A DNA stretch of 64,000 nucleotides from Chthoniobacteraceae bacterium (GTDB taxonomy: Bacteria > Verrucomicrobiota > Verrucomicrobiia > Chthoniobacterales > Chthoniobacteraceae). Of this stretch, positions 29,521 through 41,013 are shown in pieces. A model generated the notes under the pieces. The model ran no database searches. It was not told the origin of the DNA and saw nothing but the letters and a program-made list of their open reading frames with translations. Every line of letters begins with the position of its first letter. The stretch's first letter is position 1. The stretch covers positions 106,709 through 170,708 of the forward strand of contig JBEBGD010000002.1 of NCBI GenBank assembly GCA_040081625.1, in the 5' to 3' direction. The position numbers and the translations under genes were made by a program.

Positions 29521-30902
29521 CCCGCACCTTCCTCCTCCTGCTGGCGTGCTGCGCCGCCGCGTTCGCGCGACAGCCGAACATCCTGCTGATCGTGAGCGAC
29601 GATCAGGGCTACCCGGACCTCGGCTGCATCGGCACGAAGCCGGTGAAGACGCCGCATCTCGACCGGCTCGCGGCGGAAGGGGTGCGGGCGACGAGCTACT
29701 ACGTGACGTGGCCGGCTTGCACGCCGTCGCGCGGATCGATCCTCACGGGGCGCTATCCGCAGCGCAACGGGCTCTACGACATGGTCCGCAACGACATGGT
29801 CAACTTCGGCCATCGCTATTCGCCGGAGGAATACGCCGTCTCGCCGGAGATGACGCTCGGGCTCGATCCGCGCGAGATCACCATCGGCGACGTGCTGCGC
29901 CGCGCGGGCTACGCGACCGGCGTCGTGGGCAAGTGGGACATGGGCCAGGCGAAGCGCTACCTGCCGCTCCAGCGCGGGTTCGACTTCTTCTACGGGCACG
30001 GGAACAACGGCATCGATTACTACACGCACGAGCGCTACGGCGTGCCGTCGATGTTCCGCGGCAACAACCGCACGGAGGAGGATCGCGGCGCTTACGCGAC
30101 CGATGTTTTCAAGCGCGAGGCGCTCGCCTTCATCCGACAGAACGCCGCGAAGCCGTGGTTCCTCTACGTTCCATTCAACGCGCCGCATGGCGCCTCGTCG
30201 TTCGGTCCGAACACGAAAGGCGGAGAGAAGAAGGAAAGCGTCGGCGTGCAGGTGCCGGAGAAATACGCCGCGCTGTATCTCGCGCAGGGCATTCCGCCGA
30301 AGCTCGCAAACTACTACGGTGCGGTGACGTGCATGGACGAGGCGATCGGTGCGATGCTCGATGAACTCAAGGCGCGCGGGCTCGAACGCGACACGCTCAT
30401 CGTCTTCCACTCCGACAACGGCGGCAGCGGCAACGGCGGCAACGCGCCGCTGCGTGGGAGCAAAGGCACGATGTGGGAAGGCGGACTGCGCGTGCCATTC
30501 GTCGCGTGGTGGCCGGGACGGCTGCCCGCGGGGCGCGTGAGCGATGAGTTCCTCACCGGACTCGAGCTGCTGCCGACCTTCGCCGCCGCAGCGGGTGCGA
30601 AGCTGCCGGACGTGAAGCTCGATGGGTTCGATGCGCTGCCGGTGCTCGCGGGCGAGAAGCCATCGCCGCGAGAGGAGATGTTCTGGCAGCGGCGCGCTGA
30701 CATCGGCGCGCGCGTCGGAAAATGGAAGTGGGTGCAGGCCGGCAAGGGCAGCGGGCTCTTCGACATCTCGAAAGACATCGGCGAGACGACCGACCTTTCG
30801 CGCGAGCATCCCGACAATCTCGCGCTCGTGAAATCGCGCTACGAAACGTGGCGAAAGACGATGGACACATCCGAACCGCGCGGGCCATTCCGCGACTATT
30901 GA
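29517..30902 (+). CDS. Sulfatase
   Basis: PNILLIVSDDQG, CTPSR, GKWDMG, SDNGG, WEGGLRVP. Confidence 0.93.
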   Translation: MTRTFLLLLACCAAAFARQPNILLIVSDDQGYPDLGCIGTKPVKTPHLDRLAAEGVRATSYYVTWPACTPSRGSILTGRYPQRNGLYDMVRNDMVNFGHRYSPEEYAVSPEMTLGLDPREITIGDVLRRAGYATGVVGKWDMGQAKRYLPLQRGFDFFYGHGNNGIDYYTHERYGVPSMFRGNNRTEEDRGAYATDVFKREALAFIRQNAAKPWFLYVPFNAPHGASSFGPNTKGGEKKESVGVQVPEKYAALYLAQGIPPKLANYYGAVTCMDEAIGAMLDELKARGLERDTLIVFHSDNGGSGNGGNAPLRGSKGTMWEGGLRVPFVAWWPGRLPAGRVSDEFLTGLELLPTFAAAAGAKLPDVKLDGFDALPVLAGEKPSPREEMFWQRRADIGARVGKWKWVQAGKGSGLFDISKDIGETTDLSREHPDNLALVKSRYETWRKTMDTSEPRGPFRDY

Positions 30903-30905
30903 AAT

Positions 30906-31964
30906 ATGAAACTCCTCCTGCTCCTCCTTCTCGCTGCGGCCGCACTCGCGGCTGACGCGCCGCGCTTTGTCTCGCCCGACGCCACCGCGGGTCGCTCGCT
31001 CGCGGTCGTCGTGCCGGATCAACCGCTGCTGCACACGGCGCAGGTCTTTGACGAAACTCCTGCGGCGGCGCTCGCCGCGCTGGATCGCGTAGTCGGTGAC
31101 GGTGCGCGGGTGGTGAAGCTGAACGCGTATCTGCGCGACGCCGCAGATGAGCCGGCGCTGCGAGCGGCGGTCGCGAAACACTTCGCAGCGGACGCACTGC
31201 CCGCGCTCACGTGCATCGTCAGCGCGTTGCCTGTGGCTGGCGCGCGCGTGGGGCTCGACGCGGTCGCGACGACCACGCGCACCGGCACGGGCGTGCTGCC
31301 GGCGGGCGGCGCCGTTTACGTCTCCGGGCAGGCGACCCGGGGCCCGGACCTTCGCGATTCCACGCGCAAGACGATGGAGAGCCTCGGCGCGACGCTCAAG
31401 GCGCTCGGCGGTGACTGGGCGCGCACGGTGCAGCTCAAGGCATTCCTCCAGCCGATGTCCGAAGCGGCGGTCGTGCGCGATGAAGTCGGCAAGTTCTTCG
31501 CGGGCACGCCGGTTCCGCCCCTCGTGCTGGTCGAGTGGGCCGGCGGAAACGGGACGATCGAGATTGAGTTGATCGCGACGGTTGGCGCAGATGCGGGGCC
31601 GATCGATTTTTTCACGCCGCCGGGGATGAAGACGTCGCCGGTTTACTGCCGGGTCGTGCGCTTCGGCGCCGCGCCGCGCATTTACATCGCAGGCCTCAGC
31701 GCACCGGGCGACGCAGCCACACAGGTGCATGGGGTTTTCGCCCAACTCAAGACCGCGCTCGAAGCGAGCGGCAGCGACCTGCGGCATCTCGCGAAGGCGA
31801 CCTACTACGTGTCCGCCGACGACGTGAGCAAGGCGCTGAACGAACTACGCCCAAACTATTACGACCCGGCGCGCCCGCCCTCGGCATCGAAGGCGATGGT
31901 GAAGTCCACCGGCGCCGGCCCCGCGACGCTGACGCTGGACATGATCGCTGTTCCCGCGCGCTGA
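30906..31964 (+). CDS. Exported protein with three tandem Rid (YjgF/RidA) domains
   Basis: Signal peptide; three units with VVKLNAYL / YVSGQ...TVQLKAFL...IEIELIA / YIAGL...LAKATYYV...LDMIAV. Confidence 0.75.
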   Translation: MKLLLLLLLAAAALAADAPRFVSPDATAGRSLAVVVPDQPLLHTAQVFDETPAAALAALDRVVGDGARVVKLNAYLRDAADEPALRAAVAKHFAADALPALTCIVSALPVAGARVGLDAVATTTRTGTGVLPAGGAVYVSGQATRGPDLRDSTRKTMESLGATLKALGGDWARTVQLKAFLQPMSEAAVVRDEVGKFFAGTPVPPLVLVEWAGGNGTIEIELIATVGADAGPIDFFTPPGMKTSPVYCRVVRFGAAPRIYIAGLSAPGDAATQVHGVFAQLKTALEASGSDLRHLAKATYYVSADDVSKALNELRPNYYDPARPPSASKAMVKSTGAGPATLTLDMIAVPAR

Positions 31965-31976
31965 CTTGCGCCTGCG

Positions 31977-32525
31977 TCAGGCTTGCTGCCGCTCCCGCGC
32001 GACGAGGCTATCCATCGGCAGCGCTTCGGGAGTATTCGCGCTGAGTGCGCCCGCAGATCCGGGTTCGAGACGGATCGGTTCGCTCAGCACAAGCCGCTCG
32101 GTCAGGCCGAACGGAAACCGATAGTGAGGGTCGGCACGCACCCAGAGGTGATATTGATTCGCGGTGTCCACGAGCCGGCTCTCGGCGGGAAAGAGTTCAA
32201 CCGCTTCGTGCTCCGGGCCGATCAACTCGTTCTTGATCCGCTGGAAATGGCGCCAGTTCTTGCACGGCTCGCCGTCCTTCCGCCGGATGTCGAGGTGAAG
32301 GAATGGCGGCTCGCTCAGCACATCGACGATATAGAGATCGTTCTCCCACGTTTGCTGCGAGTTCATCCGCTGGACGGCTTGCTCTACGAATAGCATTCGC
32401 TGATCGAGCGTCGGCCGGCGCCCGCCAAAAAGGCCCATGAAGAATTCGTCGGGCTGACTCATGAGCGCGTGGCGCTTCATCATGTCGGCGAGCGGGTCGC
32501 GGGAGACTTGAGTGAATTGCGTCAT
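31977..32525 (-). CDS. Hypothetical protein of a small phage-associated family (DUF7694-like), paralog 1
   Basis: HLDIRRKDGEPCKNWRHFQRIKNELIGPEHEAVELFPAESRLVDTANQYHLW; family name from memory. Confidence 0.7.
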   Translation of the reverse strand: MTQFTQVSRDPLADMMKRHALMSQPDEFFMGLFGGRRPTLDQRMLFVEQAVQRMNSQQTWENDLYIVDVLSEPPFLHLDIRRKDGEPCKNWRHFQRIKNELIGPEHEAVELFPAESRLVDTANQYHLWVRADPHYRFPFGLTERLVLSEPIRLEPGSAGALSANTPEALPMDSLVARERQQA

Positions 32526-32761
32526 GGCTGGGAGGTTCGTGGCGTTTGCATGGGGGGATGAAATGCCCCGCATTGCACCACGCTCCTCCGGTGCGGACAA
32601 AAGACATGAGTCGTCGCGGAAAGCGCCCGACGTGAACGCTGCCGACAGACACGCAATGTGGCGGAAAGCACCATTCGTTTGCCGTCAAATGAACGCGCAC
32701 CACAACCGACGCCCGGCGCCCGCAAAGCGTGCTCGCGGCGAGTTCCTCGCCCTGGTGTTTG

Positions 32762-33274
32762 TTACGCCGCGCCGACCATCATCGGCGGAAGGATTCCGTC
32801 GAGTTGGATGCCGCCTGCGGTGAGTGGATCCTCGCAGACGAACCTTCGCTGGAAGCCAACCGGAAATCGATACGCAGCGTTCGCGCAAACCCAGAGATGA
32901 TACTCGTGACTCGTGTTGATGAGCCGGCTCTCCGCCGGATAGAGTTCGATCGCCTCGCACTCGGAGCCGACGAGCTCATTCTTGATCTGCTGAAAGTGAG
33001 CCCAGTCCTTGCACGGCTGGCCATCGAGCCGGCTGATATTCAAGTGAATGAAGGGCGGCGCATGAGCGACCGAGACGTGGTAGATATCATTCTGGAAGTT
33101 TCTCCGCATCGTCGCCTTGAGCAGGCCCTGCTCAATGTAGGCTAGCTTTTCTTCGAGCGTCGGCACCCGGCCGTTAAAGCAGTCCTTGAAGAAATCACAT
33201 GGCTTGGCCATGAGCGACTGGCGTTGAAGCATTCCGAAGACTTCATTGCGTGGATGTTCGATGAGGGGGGTCAC
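32762..33274 (-). CDS. Hypothetical protein, same family, paralog 2
   Basis: HLNISRLDGQPCKDWAHFQQIKNELVGSECEAIELYPAESRLINTSHEYHLW; colinear with paralog 1. Confidence 0.7.
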   Translation of the reverse strand: MTPLIEHPRNEVFGMLQRQSLMAKPCDFFKDCFNGRVPTLEEKLAYIEQGLLKATMRRNFQNDIYHVSVAHAPPFIHLNISRLDGQPCKDWAHFQQIKNELVGSECEAIELYPAESRLINTSHEYHLWVCANAAYRFPVGFQRRFVCEDPLTAGGIQLDGILPPMMVGAA

Positions 33275-33362
33275 GAGCCCCGAGTGAATCGGAACGGACG
33301 CATCGCCTCAAAAGACATGATGTGTCGTGCAAACCGCTACGCGCCGCCCGTTCGGCGGTCTC

Positions 33363-34034
33363 CTACGATCCGTGCTCGTGAAACCAATGCGCCGCGCGGC
33401 TGTAAAGCTCAGCCGCATTCTTGATGCGAAGCTTTTCCTTAATCCGCGCGCGGTAGGTTTCGACAGTCGTTTCACCGAGGTGAAGGCGTTCGGAGATCTC
33501 GCGGCTGTTGTAGCCCTTGCCGATTAGTTGGAAAACCTCCAGTTCGCGGTCGGCTAGCAATTCCATTTCGGAAGCGGAGGCCTTGGCACCTTGCCGGGAA
33601 ACCTTTTGAAGCATCACGGTCGTCATCGTTTCACTGAGATACACCTGGCCGCTCAAGACCTGCCGGATCGCCTTGAGCAAGGTGGAGGACGCCTCGTGCT
33701 TGGTGATGTAGCCCTTCGCGCCCGCGCGGAGCACGCGCTCGGCATAGAGCGATTCCTCATGCATCGAGAGCACCAGCACCGGCACGTCCACGCCTTGTGC
33801 CTTGAGATCCTTGATCAACTCGAGGCCGCTCGACCCGCGCAGCGAAATATCGACGATGGCAATGTCTGGCTTTGTCCTGGTGATGATCTCGAATCCATCG
33901 CGGATGTTGTCGGTCTCGCCGCAGACCGAGCAGGAGCCGTCCTTGGAAATCATCTGGGCCAGCCACTCGCGAAACATGAGGTGGTCCTCCACGATGACAA
34001 CATTGATCGTTTGAGTGTCAGCTTGGAGAGTCAT
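33363..34034 (-). CDS. NarL/FixJ-family response regulator
   Basis: VIVEDH, IVDISL, VLSMH, GAKGYITK, LuxR HTH (LADRELEVFQLIGKG...TVETYRARIKEKL). Confidence 0.93.
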   Translation of the reverse strand: MTLQADTQTINVVIVEDHLMFREWLAQMISKDGSCSVCGETDNIRDGFEIITRTKPDIAIVDISLRGSSGLELIKDLKAQGVDVPVLVLSMHEESLYAERVLRAGAKGYITKHEASSTLLKAIRQVLSGQVYLSETMTTVMLQKVSRQGAKASASEMELLADRELEVFQLIGKGYNSREISERLHLGETTVETYRARIKEKLRIKNAAELYSRAAHWFHEHGS

Positions 34035-35076
34035 GGTTGAGAGGGAGCGAACAGCGGACCAAAGTCCCGCCGTCGGGCTGGGATTCAACATCAAGGTTCG
34101 CCCCAATCAAGCGCGCTCTATACTCCATGGTGCGCAGGCCGATGCCTTTCGAGTGAGGCTGGTCCGCGATGAAGCCGCAACCGTCGTCCGCGATGATCAT
34201 CGTCAACCGATGCCCGTCGCTGCTCAACGTCAGGGTGATAGTCGCTGCTTTTGCGTGCCGGAGCGCGTTGCCCAGCGCCTCCTGTGCGATGCGGAAAAGG
34301 TGCATGGAAACCTGCGGATCACTGACCGCGACACGTCCGTGCACCTCGAATCGCGTAGGCGTCTGGCGCAGGCGGTTGGTCATCGCCACGAGGTCTTCGA
34401 GCGCGGCGGGAAGCCCCTCCGCATCCATCTGCACGGGAAAGATGCCGCGTGCCAGATTGCGCGCCTCGATGACTGCGTTCTTGAGCAGGTTCTGAATAGT
34501 GGCGGCGGCGGACGCCTCAGGCAGCGCACGCGCCTCGAGGTCCGAACGCAAACAGGCTGCGGCGCAATCAATGGCGACGAGATTCTGGCAGAGCCCGTCG
34601 TGGAGGTCCTGGCCGATGCGCATCTGCTCGTGTTCGCTGACGCGGACGATCTCGCGCTCGAGGTCGCGCGCCCGCGTCATCGCTTCGATACGCGCACGCA
34701 TTTCCTCGCGCTGCCGCTTCATCGCGGCACCGCCGACGGCTACGAAGACGAAATAGGCGAAGCGGTTGGCCGAAGCCCAGACATATGCCTGAGTCGTGCT
34801 GTAGGGATTCCCAGGTTGGTTGGCGAAGAACCAGACGACGCCGCAGATCGCAGCACTGATGAATCCCGCGTAACGATCTCCATACCAGACGGCGAAAAGG
34901 ATCGGGACTGCGTAGAAAACGAACACGCTCACATCCCAGCCGCCGATGTAATCGAAATATCCGATCAGCAGCACGCTGACCAACGCCAGCGCGAGCACGG
35001 CTGGTTTTGAGATGCGTTGCGAGGCGTCGTCGAGCTTCACCGCGGCAGCATACACTACTCGACAATGCGAGCGCAA
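34018..35076 (-). CDS. Membrane sensor histidine kinase (HisKA_3/NarX-type); start uncertain, possibly GTG at 35040
   Basis: N-terminal TM helices; IGQDLHDGLCQNL, RIAQEALGNALRHA, DDGCGF, GIGLRTMEYRA. Confidence 0.9.
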   Translation of the reverse strand: MRSHCRVVYAAAVKLDDASQRISKPAVLALALVSVLLIGYFDYIGGWDVSVFVFYAVPILFAVWYGDRYAGFISAAICGVVWFFANQPGNPYSTTQAYVWASANRFAYFVFVAVGGAAMKRQREEMRARIEAMTRARDLEREIVRVSEHEQMRIGQDLHDGLCQNLVAIDCAAACLRSDLEARALPEASAAATIQNLLKNAVIEARNLARGIFPVQMDAEGLPAALEDLVAMTNRLRQTPTRFEVHGRVAVSDPQVSMHLFRIAQEALGNALRHAKAATITLTLSSDGHRLTMIIADDGCGFIADQPHSKGIGLRTMEYRARLIGANLDVESQPDGGTLVRCSLPLNHDSPS

Positions 35077-35149
35077 AGCTGCAGGCAGTCGGCGACGTTC
35101 GTGTCCGAAAGATCCCGCGCGGCGCGATTAGCCACGCCGACATATTCCC

Positions 35150-36553
35150 ATGAAATTCCTTCTCACTTCGCCGCTCCCCCTCACCGCCTGCCTCGCGATG
35201 GTCAGCGCGCTTTGCGCTCAAGCAACCGCCGCCGAATCCAAACGCCCGAACATCGTCCTCGTCATGGCCGACGACCAGGGCTGGGGCGACACGGGCTACA
35301 ACGGGCATCCCGAACTCAAGACGCCGCAGCTCGACGCGATGGCGAAGAACGGGCTGCGGCTCGATCGCTTTTACGCCGCTCATTTCAACTGCTCGCCGAC
35401 GCGCGGCAGCGTGATGACCGGGCGGCACCCGATGCGCTACGGCACATTCAGCCCCGGCTCGCCGATCCGCGCGCAGGAGCTGACGGTCGCGCGCGTGCTG
35501 CAGTCGGCTGGCTACGCGACCGGGCATTTCGGGAAGTGGCATCTCAACGGGAAGAACGGGGACAGGAACACGACGGCGATGCCCGGCCGCGCGATCCTCG
35601 CCAGCGATCCGCTGTCGCCCGGCGCGCTGGGCTTCGACGAGTGGGTGTCCGCCGACAACTTCTTCGACCTCGATCCGGCGCTCGGTCGCAACGGCGTGCC
35701 GGAGAAATTTCACGGCGAAAGCTCCGACATCACGACCGACGAGGCGCTGAGGTTCATTCGTCGCGAGGCCGGCGCGGGGAAACCGTTCCTCGCCGTCGTG
35801 TGGTTCGGCTCGCCGCATGTGCCGCACGAGGCGCTGCCCGCGGACAAAGCCGCATACGCCGCGCTATCGGAGAAGGATCAGAACTACTACGGCGAGATCG
35901 CGGCGATCGATCGCAACGTCGGCAAGCTGCGCGCCGCGCTGCGCGAGTTGAAGGTCGGCGACGACACGATCCTTTGGTATTGCAGCGACAACGGCGGCGC
36001 GGCGGGGCCGAAGTCCACCGGCGATCTGCGCGGCGCGAAAGGAACGCTGTGGGAGGGAGGGCTGCGCGTGCCGGGGCTCGTCGAGTGGCCGGCTCGAATC
36101 GCGAAGCCTTTCGCGAGCGCTATGCCGTGCTCGACGCTCGACATCTACCCGACCGTGCTCGCGGCCACCGGCGCGGTCGCGCGAAAACAAATCGAGCCGC
36201 TCGACGGAATCAGCCTGCTGCCGTTGATCGACCGCAAGACCGACACGCGCACCAAGCCGCTGCCGTTCTGGAGCAATGCGCGGAGCAAGGACGGCCACGC
36301 CGCCTGGCTCGACTGGCCATACAAATTGCACGTCAACCCGACGGCGGGCCGCGGGAAGAAGGGGAGGAAGGGCGGCGAGGCGCTGGCGGCGACGCTGCTC
36401 TACGACATTTCCAAGGACCCGAAGGAAACCACCGACCTCGCCACGCGCGAGCCGGAGCGCGTGGCGAAGATGAGCGCCGCGCTCGCCGCGTGGAAGGCGT
36501 CGGTCGAGAAGAGCCTCGGCGGCACGGACTACGCGCAGGCGCCCGCGAAGTGA
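35150..36553 (+). CDS. Sulfatase
   Basis: PNIVLVMADDQG, CSPTR, GKWHL, SDNGG, WEGGLRVP. Confidence 0.93.
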   Translation: MKFLLTSPLPLTACLAMVSALCAQATAAESKRPNIVLVMADDQGWGDTGYNGHPELKTPQLDAMAKNGLRLDRFYAAHFNCSPTRGSVMTGRHPMRYGTFSPGSPIRAQELTVARVLQSAGYATGHFGKWHLNGKNGDRNTTAMPGRAILASDPLSPGALGFDEWVSADNFFDLDPALGRNGVPEKFHGESSDITTDEALRFIRREAGAGKPFLAVVWFGSPHVPHEALPADKAAYAALSEKDQNYYGEIAAIDRNVGKLRAALRELKVGDDTILWYCSDNGGAAGPKSTGDLRGAKGTLWEGGLRVPGLVEWPARIAKPFASAMPCSTLDIYPTVLAATGAVARKQIEPLDGISLLPLIDRKTDTRTKPLPFWSNARSKDGHAAWLDWPYKLHVNPTAGRGKKGRKGGEALAATLLYDISKDPKETTDLATREPERVAKMSAALAAWKASVEKSLGGTDYAQAPAK

Positions 36554-37953
36554 AGGCAAGCACGCGGTTTTTCTGCGTCGCCGCTAGTTGCTGCGCGTTC
36601 GTTTTTGGCACGCCTGCCGCGGCGAAGCCGAACGTGCTGCTGCTCGTGGTGGATGATCTCGGCTGGGGCGAGACGGGGGCGCAGGGTTTTGCGAAAGACA
36701 TCCCGACGCCGCACCTCGATGCGCTCGCTCGCGGCGGTGTGCGCTGCACTCATGGCTACGTCACGGCGCCGGTGTGCGCGCCGTCGCGGGCGGCGCTGTT
36801 CACGGGGCGTTACCAGACGCGCTTTGGTTACGAGTTGAATGTCATCGGAAAACAGAACCTCGACCCGCGCATCGGAGTCGCGCTGACGGAGAAGACGCTC
36901 GCCGACCGGATGCGCGCGGCGGGCTACGCGACGGCGCTCGTGGGCAAGTGGCACCTCGGAGGCACGCCGCAGTTTCACCCGCAGCGGCGCGGCTTCGATG
37001 AGTTCTTCGGCTTCCTGCACGAGGGACATTTCTTTCTGCCGCAGCCTTACGAGGGCGCGAGGAGCTTTCTGCGCCGCAAGGCGCTCGCGCCGGGCGAGCG
37101 CACGCGGGAAGGGAACATCACGTGGTCGAATCATGCGCCGGGAGACGAGCCGCCTTACGACGAGAACAACCCGCTGATGCGCGGCGCCGAGGTCGTGAGT
37201 GAGCCGGCGTATCTCACGCGGGCGTTCACGCGCGAAGCGTCGGCCTTCATCGCGCGAAACAAGGCGCGCCCGTGGATTCTCGCGGTCACTTACAGCGCGG
37301 TGCACAGCCCGATGCAGGCGATGGAAGACGACCTCGCGCGCGTCGCGGGGATCGCCGACGAGCATCGGCGCATCTTCGCCGCGATGCTCACTTCGCTCGA
37401 CGACAGCGTCGGCGCGCTCACCGGCGCGCTGCGCGAGCACGGGCTGGAGAAGGACACGCTCGTCGTCTTCGTGGGCGACAACGGCGCTCCGACCGCCGAA
37501 CTGACTTCGAGCAATGGCCCGCTGCGCGGCGGCAAAGGGCAGCTTTACGAGGGCGGTGTGCGCGTGCCGTTTTTCGCGCGATGGCCGGGGCGCATCCCGG
37601 CGGGCGGCGTGTTCACGGCGCCGGTGAGCACGCTCGATATTCTGCCGACCGCGCTCGCGGCGGCGGGGGAGAAGCCGCCCGCCGATCTCGATGGCGTGGA
37701 CCTGCTCCCGCACTGGCGCGGCGAAACGAATGTGCCACCACACGCCACGCTCTACTGGCGATACGGCGCGCAGTTCGCGCTGCGCGAAGGCCGGTGGAAA
37801 CTCGTGCACGCCGGGAAGCAAACGGAGCTTTTCGACGTCGATGCCGACCCAGGAGAGACGACCGACCTCGCGGCGCGCGAGCCCGAGCGCGCCGCTGAAT
37901 TGCTTGCACGCTGGCGCGCGATCGACGCGCCGATGGTCGCGCCGATCCGCTGA
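36550..37953 (+). CDS. Sulfatase
   Basis: GTG start overlapping the upstream stop; [35 protein letters not shown]. Confidence 0.92.
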   Translation: MKASTRFFCVAASCCAFVFGTPAAAKPNVLLLVVDDLGWGETGAQGFAKDIPTPHLDALARGGVRCTHGYVTAPVCAPSRAALFTGRYQTRFGYELNVIGKQNLDPRIGVALTEKTLADRMRAAGYATALVGKWHLGGTPQFHPQRRGFDEFFGFLHEGHFFLPQPYEGARSFLRRKALAPGERTREGNITWSNHAPGDEPPYDENNPLMRGAEVVSEPAYLTRAFTREASAFIARNKARPWILAVTYSAVHSPMQAMEDDLARVAGIADEHRRIFAAMLTSLDDSVGALTGALREHGLEKDTLVVFVGDNGAPTAELTSSNGPLRGGKGQLYEGGVRVPFFARWPGRIPAGGVFTAPVSTLDILPTALAAAGEKPPADLDGVDLLPHWRGETNVPPHATLYWRYGAQFALREGRWKLVHAGKQTELFDVDADPGETTDLAAREPERAAELLARWRAIDAPMVAPIR

Positions 37954-37960
37954 CGCCGGT

Positions 37961-38000
37961 AAAAAAAGAACGCCGCCCCGCGCGAGGCGGGACGGCGTTC
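37961..38000 (-). terminator. Rho-independent terminator downstream of glnII
   Basis: Minus strand GAACGCCGTCCCGC-loop-GCGGGGCGGCGTTC followed by a T7 run. Confidence 0.8.
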
Positions 38001-38009
38001 GGTGGCTCT

Positions 38010-38060
38010 GTAGCCACGCCGCTCTGCGGCGTGCGTCGCGTCCCGGAGGGACGCGGCTAC
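38010..38060. repeat. 51-bp GTAG-type REP doublet, copy 1
   Basis: GTAGC-CACGCCGC-TCT-GCGGCGTG and inverted GTAGC-CGCGTCCC-TCC-GGGACGCG. Confidence 0.8.
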
Positions 38061-38066
38061 ATCAGG

Positions 38067-39092
38067 TTACTTCGTCGGCACGGTCGCGATCGTCTGCAGG
38101 ATGCGGCTGGCGATCTTGTAGGGGTCGCCTTGCGAGTTCGGACGACGATCTTCGAGGTAGCCCTTGTAGTCGTTGTTCACGAACGAGTGCGGGACGCGCA
38201 CCGATGCGCCGCGGTTGGCGATGCCGTAGTTGAACTTGTCGATCGACTGCGTCTCGTGGAGGCCGGTGAGGCGCATGTGATTGTCCGGGCCATACACGGC
38301 GATGTGCTCGTTTTTGTATTTGTCGAACGCGGCCATGAGCTTCTCGAAGTATTTCTTCCCGCCGACTTCGCGCAGGTGCTTGGTCGAGAAGTTCGCGTGC
38401 ATGCCGGAGCCGTTCCAGTCCACGTCCACGCCGAGCGGCTTGCAGTGCCAGTTCACATCGACGCCGTATTGCTCGCAGAGGCGGAGCAGGAGGTAGCGGG
38501 CCATCCAGACCTGATCAGCCGCGGTCTTCGAGCCTTTGCCGAAGATCTGGAATTCCCACTGGCCCTTGGCCACTTCGGCGTTGATGCCTTCGTGGTTGAT
38601 GCCGGCGGCGAGGCAGAGTTCGAGGTGGGTGTCCACGATCTCACGCGCGATCGCGCCGACGTTCTTGTAGCCGACGCCGGTGTAGTATTCGCCCTGCGGA
38701 GGTGGGAAGCCGCCGCCGGTCGGGAAGCCGAGCGGGACGCCGTCCTGGTAGAGGAAATACTCCTGCTCGAAGCCGAACCACGCGCCTGGATCGTCGAGGA
38801 TCGTCGCGCGCGAATTGCTCAGATGCGGAGTCTTGCCGTCGGGCATCATGACTTCGCACATGACGAGTGCAGCGTTGGTCTTGGTGGCGTCGGGATAGAC
38901 GGCCACGGGCTTGAGCATGCAGTCCGAGCTCTTGCCCTCGGCCTGGCGGGTCGAGCTGCCGTCGAAGCCCCACATGGGGAGCTCCGCGAGTTTCGGGAAG
39001 GCTTTGAATTCCTTGACCTGCGTTTTGCCGCGGAGGTTGGCGACCGGCGTGTAGCCGTCGAGCCAGATGTATTCGAGTTTATACTTAGCCAT
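38067..39092 (-). CDS. glnII: Glutamine synthetase type II
   Basis: [76 protein letters not shown]; 341 aa. Confidence 0.96.
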   Translation of the reverse strand: MAKYKLEYIWLDGYTPVANLRGKTQVKEFKAFPKLAELPMWGFDGSSTRQAEGKSSDCMLKPVAVYPDATKTNAALVMCEVMMPDGKTPHLSNSRATILDDPGAWFGFEQEYFLYQDGVPLGFPTGGGFPPPQGEYYTGVGYKNVGAIAREIVDTHLELCLAAGINHEGINAEVAKGQWEFQIFGKGSKTAADQVWMARYLLLRLCEQYGVDVNWHCKPLGVDVDWNGSGMHANFSTKHLREVGGKKYFEKLMAAFDKYKNEHIAVYGPDNHMRLTGLHETQSIDKFNYGIANRGASVRVPHSFVNNDYKGYLEDRRPNSQGDPYKIASRILQTIATVPTK

Positions 39093-39194
39093 CGATGTGA
39101 GTCAGTGTGGGTGTTTGTGCGGTCTGCGCCGAATTAGACCGCTAGTGTGGTTGTGTTGTGGGCGTTTGCCCGATGCTGGCGCGTCGCCGCGTTT

Positions 39195-39210
39195 AGCAAA
39201 TGAAATGCCA
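39195..39210 (-). promoter_or_regulatory. Sigma54 (-24/-12) promoter for glnII
   Basis: Minus strand TGGCATTTCATTTGCT (GG-N10-GC), about 100 bp upstream of the ATG. Confidence 0.75.
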
Positions 39211-39338
39211 TTCGCAAGCCTGCTTCACGGCGGGAAAATTCGCGCGCGCCTGCTCCGTCGATTCGCGGTGCATCGATTCGCCGCCGCGCGCGGGCTTCGC
39301 GCTTGCCGCGATCAAGAAGCAGCGCACCTTTGCGCGCC

Positions 39339-39708
39339 ATGCAGCAAGTGAAGGACACGCTCCGCTCGACGGTGCGAATCAGCTACGACGGACGCGTGCA
39401 GAAAACTTTTCGCGGCCCAAAAGCCGGGGAACGCTTTGCCAACGAGGTGCGTATTTTGAAACACCTCGAAACGCGTGACTGTCCATTTGTGCCCAGACTG
39501 CTCGAGGCAGATCCCGAGTTGCTTCGCATCGTCACGAGCAACTGCGGCACGCGCGTCGAGCATCTCGACGAAGCCCGCACGCGCGAGCTTTTCGCCGAGC
39601 TGGAGGCTTACGGCGTGCGCCACGACGACCCCGACATTCGCAACGTCACCTACCGCCAGACCGACGGCCGCTTTTGCCTGATCGATTTCGAGTTTTCCAC
39701 GTTGCTCG

Positions 39709-39716
<8 letters not shown>
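39339..39716 (+). CDS. Minimal protein-kinase-like (APH/RIO/Kdo fold) protein, 125 aa
   Basis: VQKTF (beta-3 Lys), FANEVRILKHL (helix C Glu), VPRLL, HDDPDIRN (catalytic loop), LIDFE. Confidence 0.75.
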
Positions 39717-40871
<1,155 letters not shown>

Positions 40872-40873
40872 TT

Positions 40874-40889
40874 AGCAGCAGTGGTGCCA
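40874..40889 (-). promoter_or_regulatory. Sigma54-like promoter for glnB
   Basis: Minus strand TGGCACCACTGCTGCT (GG-N10-GC), sharing TGCTAAACGCG with the glnII promoter. Confidence 0.7.
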
Positions 40890-41013
40890 TCGGCGAAGCG
40901 CAGATTCTTTCCAGAAGAAAACAACCCCTGCTCCGCCTGCGTCGCCCGCGTCGCTGACAAAATACCGCCAAGCCTCGCGCCCTCGTGCATAGAAAGGCGC
41001 ACCGCACGAAAAG

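Noticed and set aside
31950..35125. TCCCGCGCG at both edges of the NarL islet as a target duplication
   Set aside because: Only 9 bp of GC-rich sequence; expected by chance
40985..41002. GTGCATAGAAAGGCGCAC as an NtrC box upstream of glnB
   Set aside because: Spacing is one base short of TGCAC-N7-GTGCA and has mismatches; not supportable
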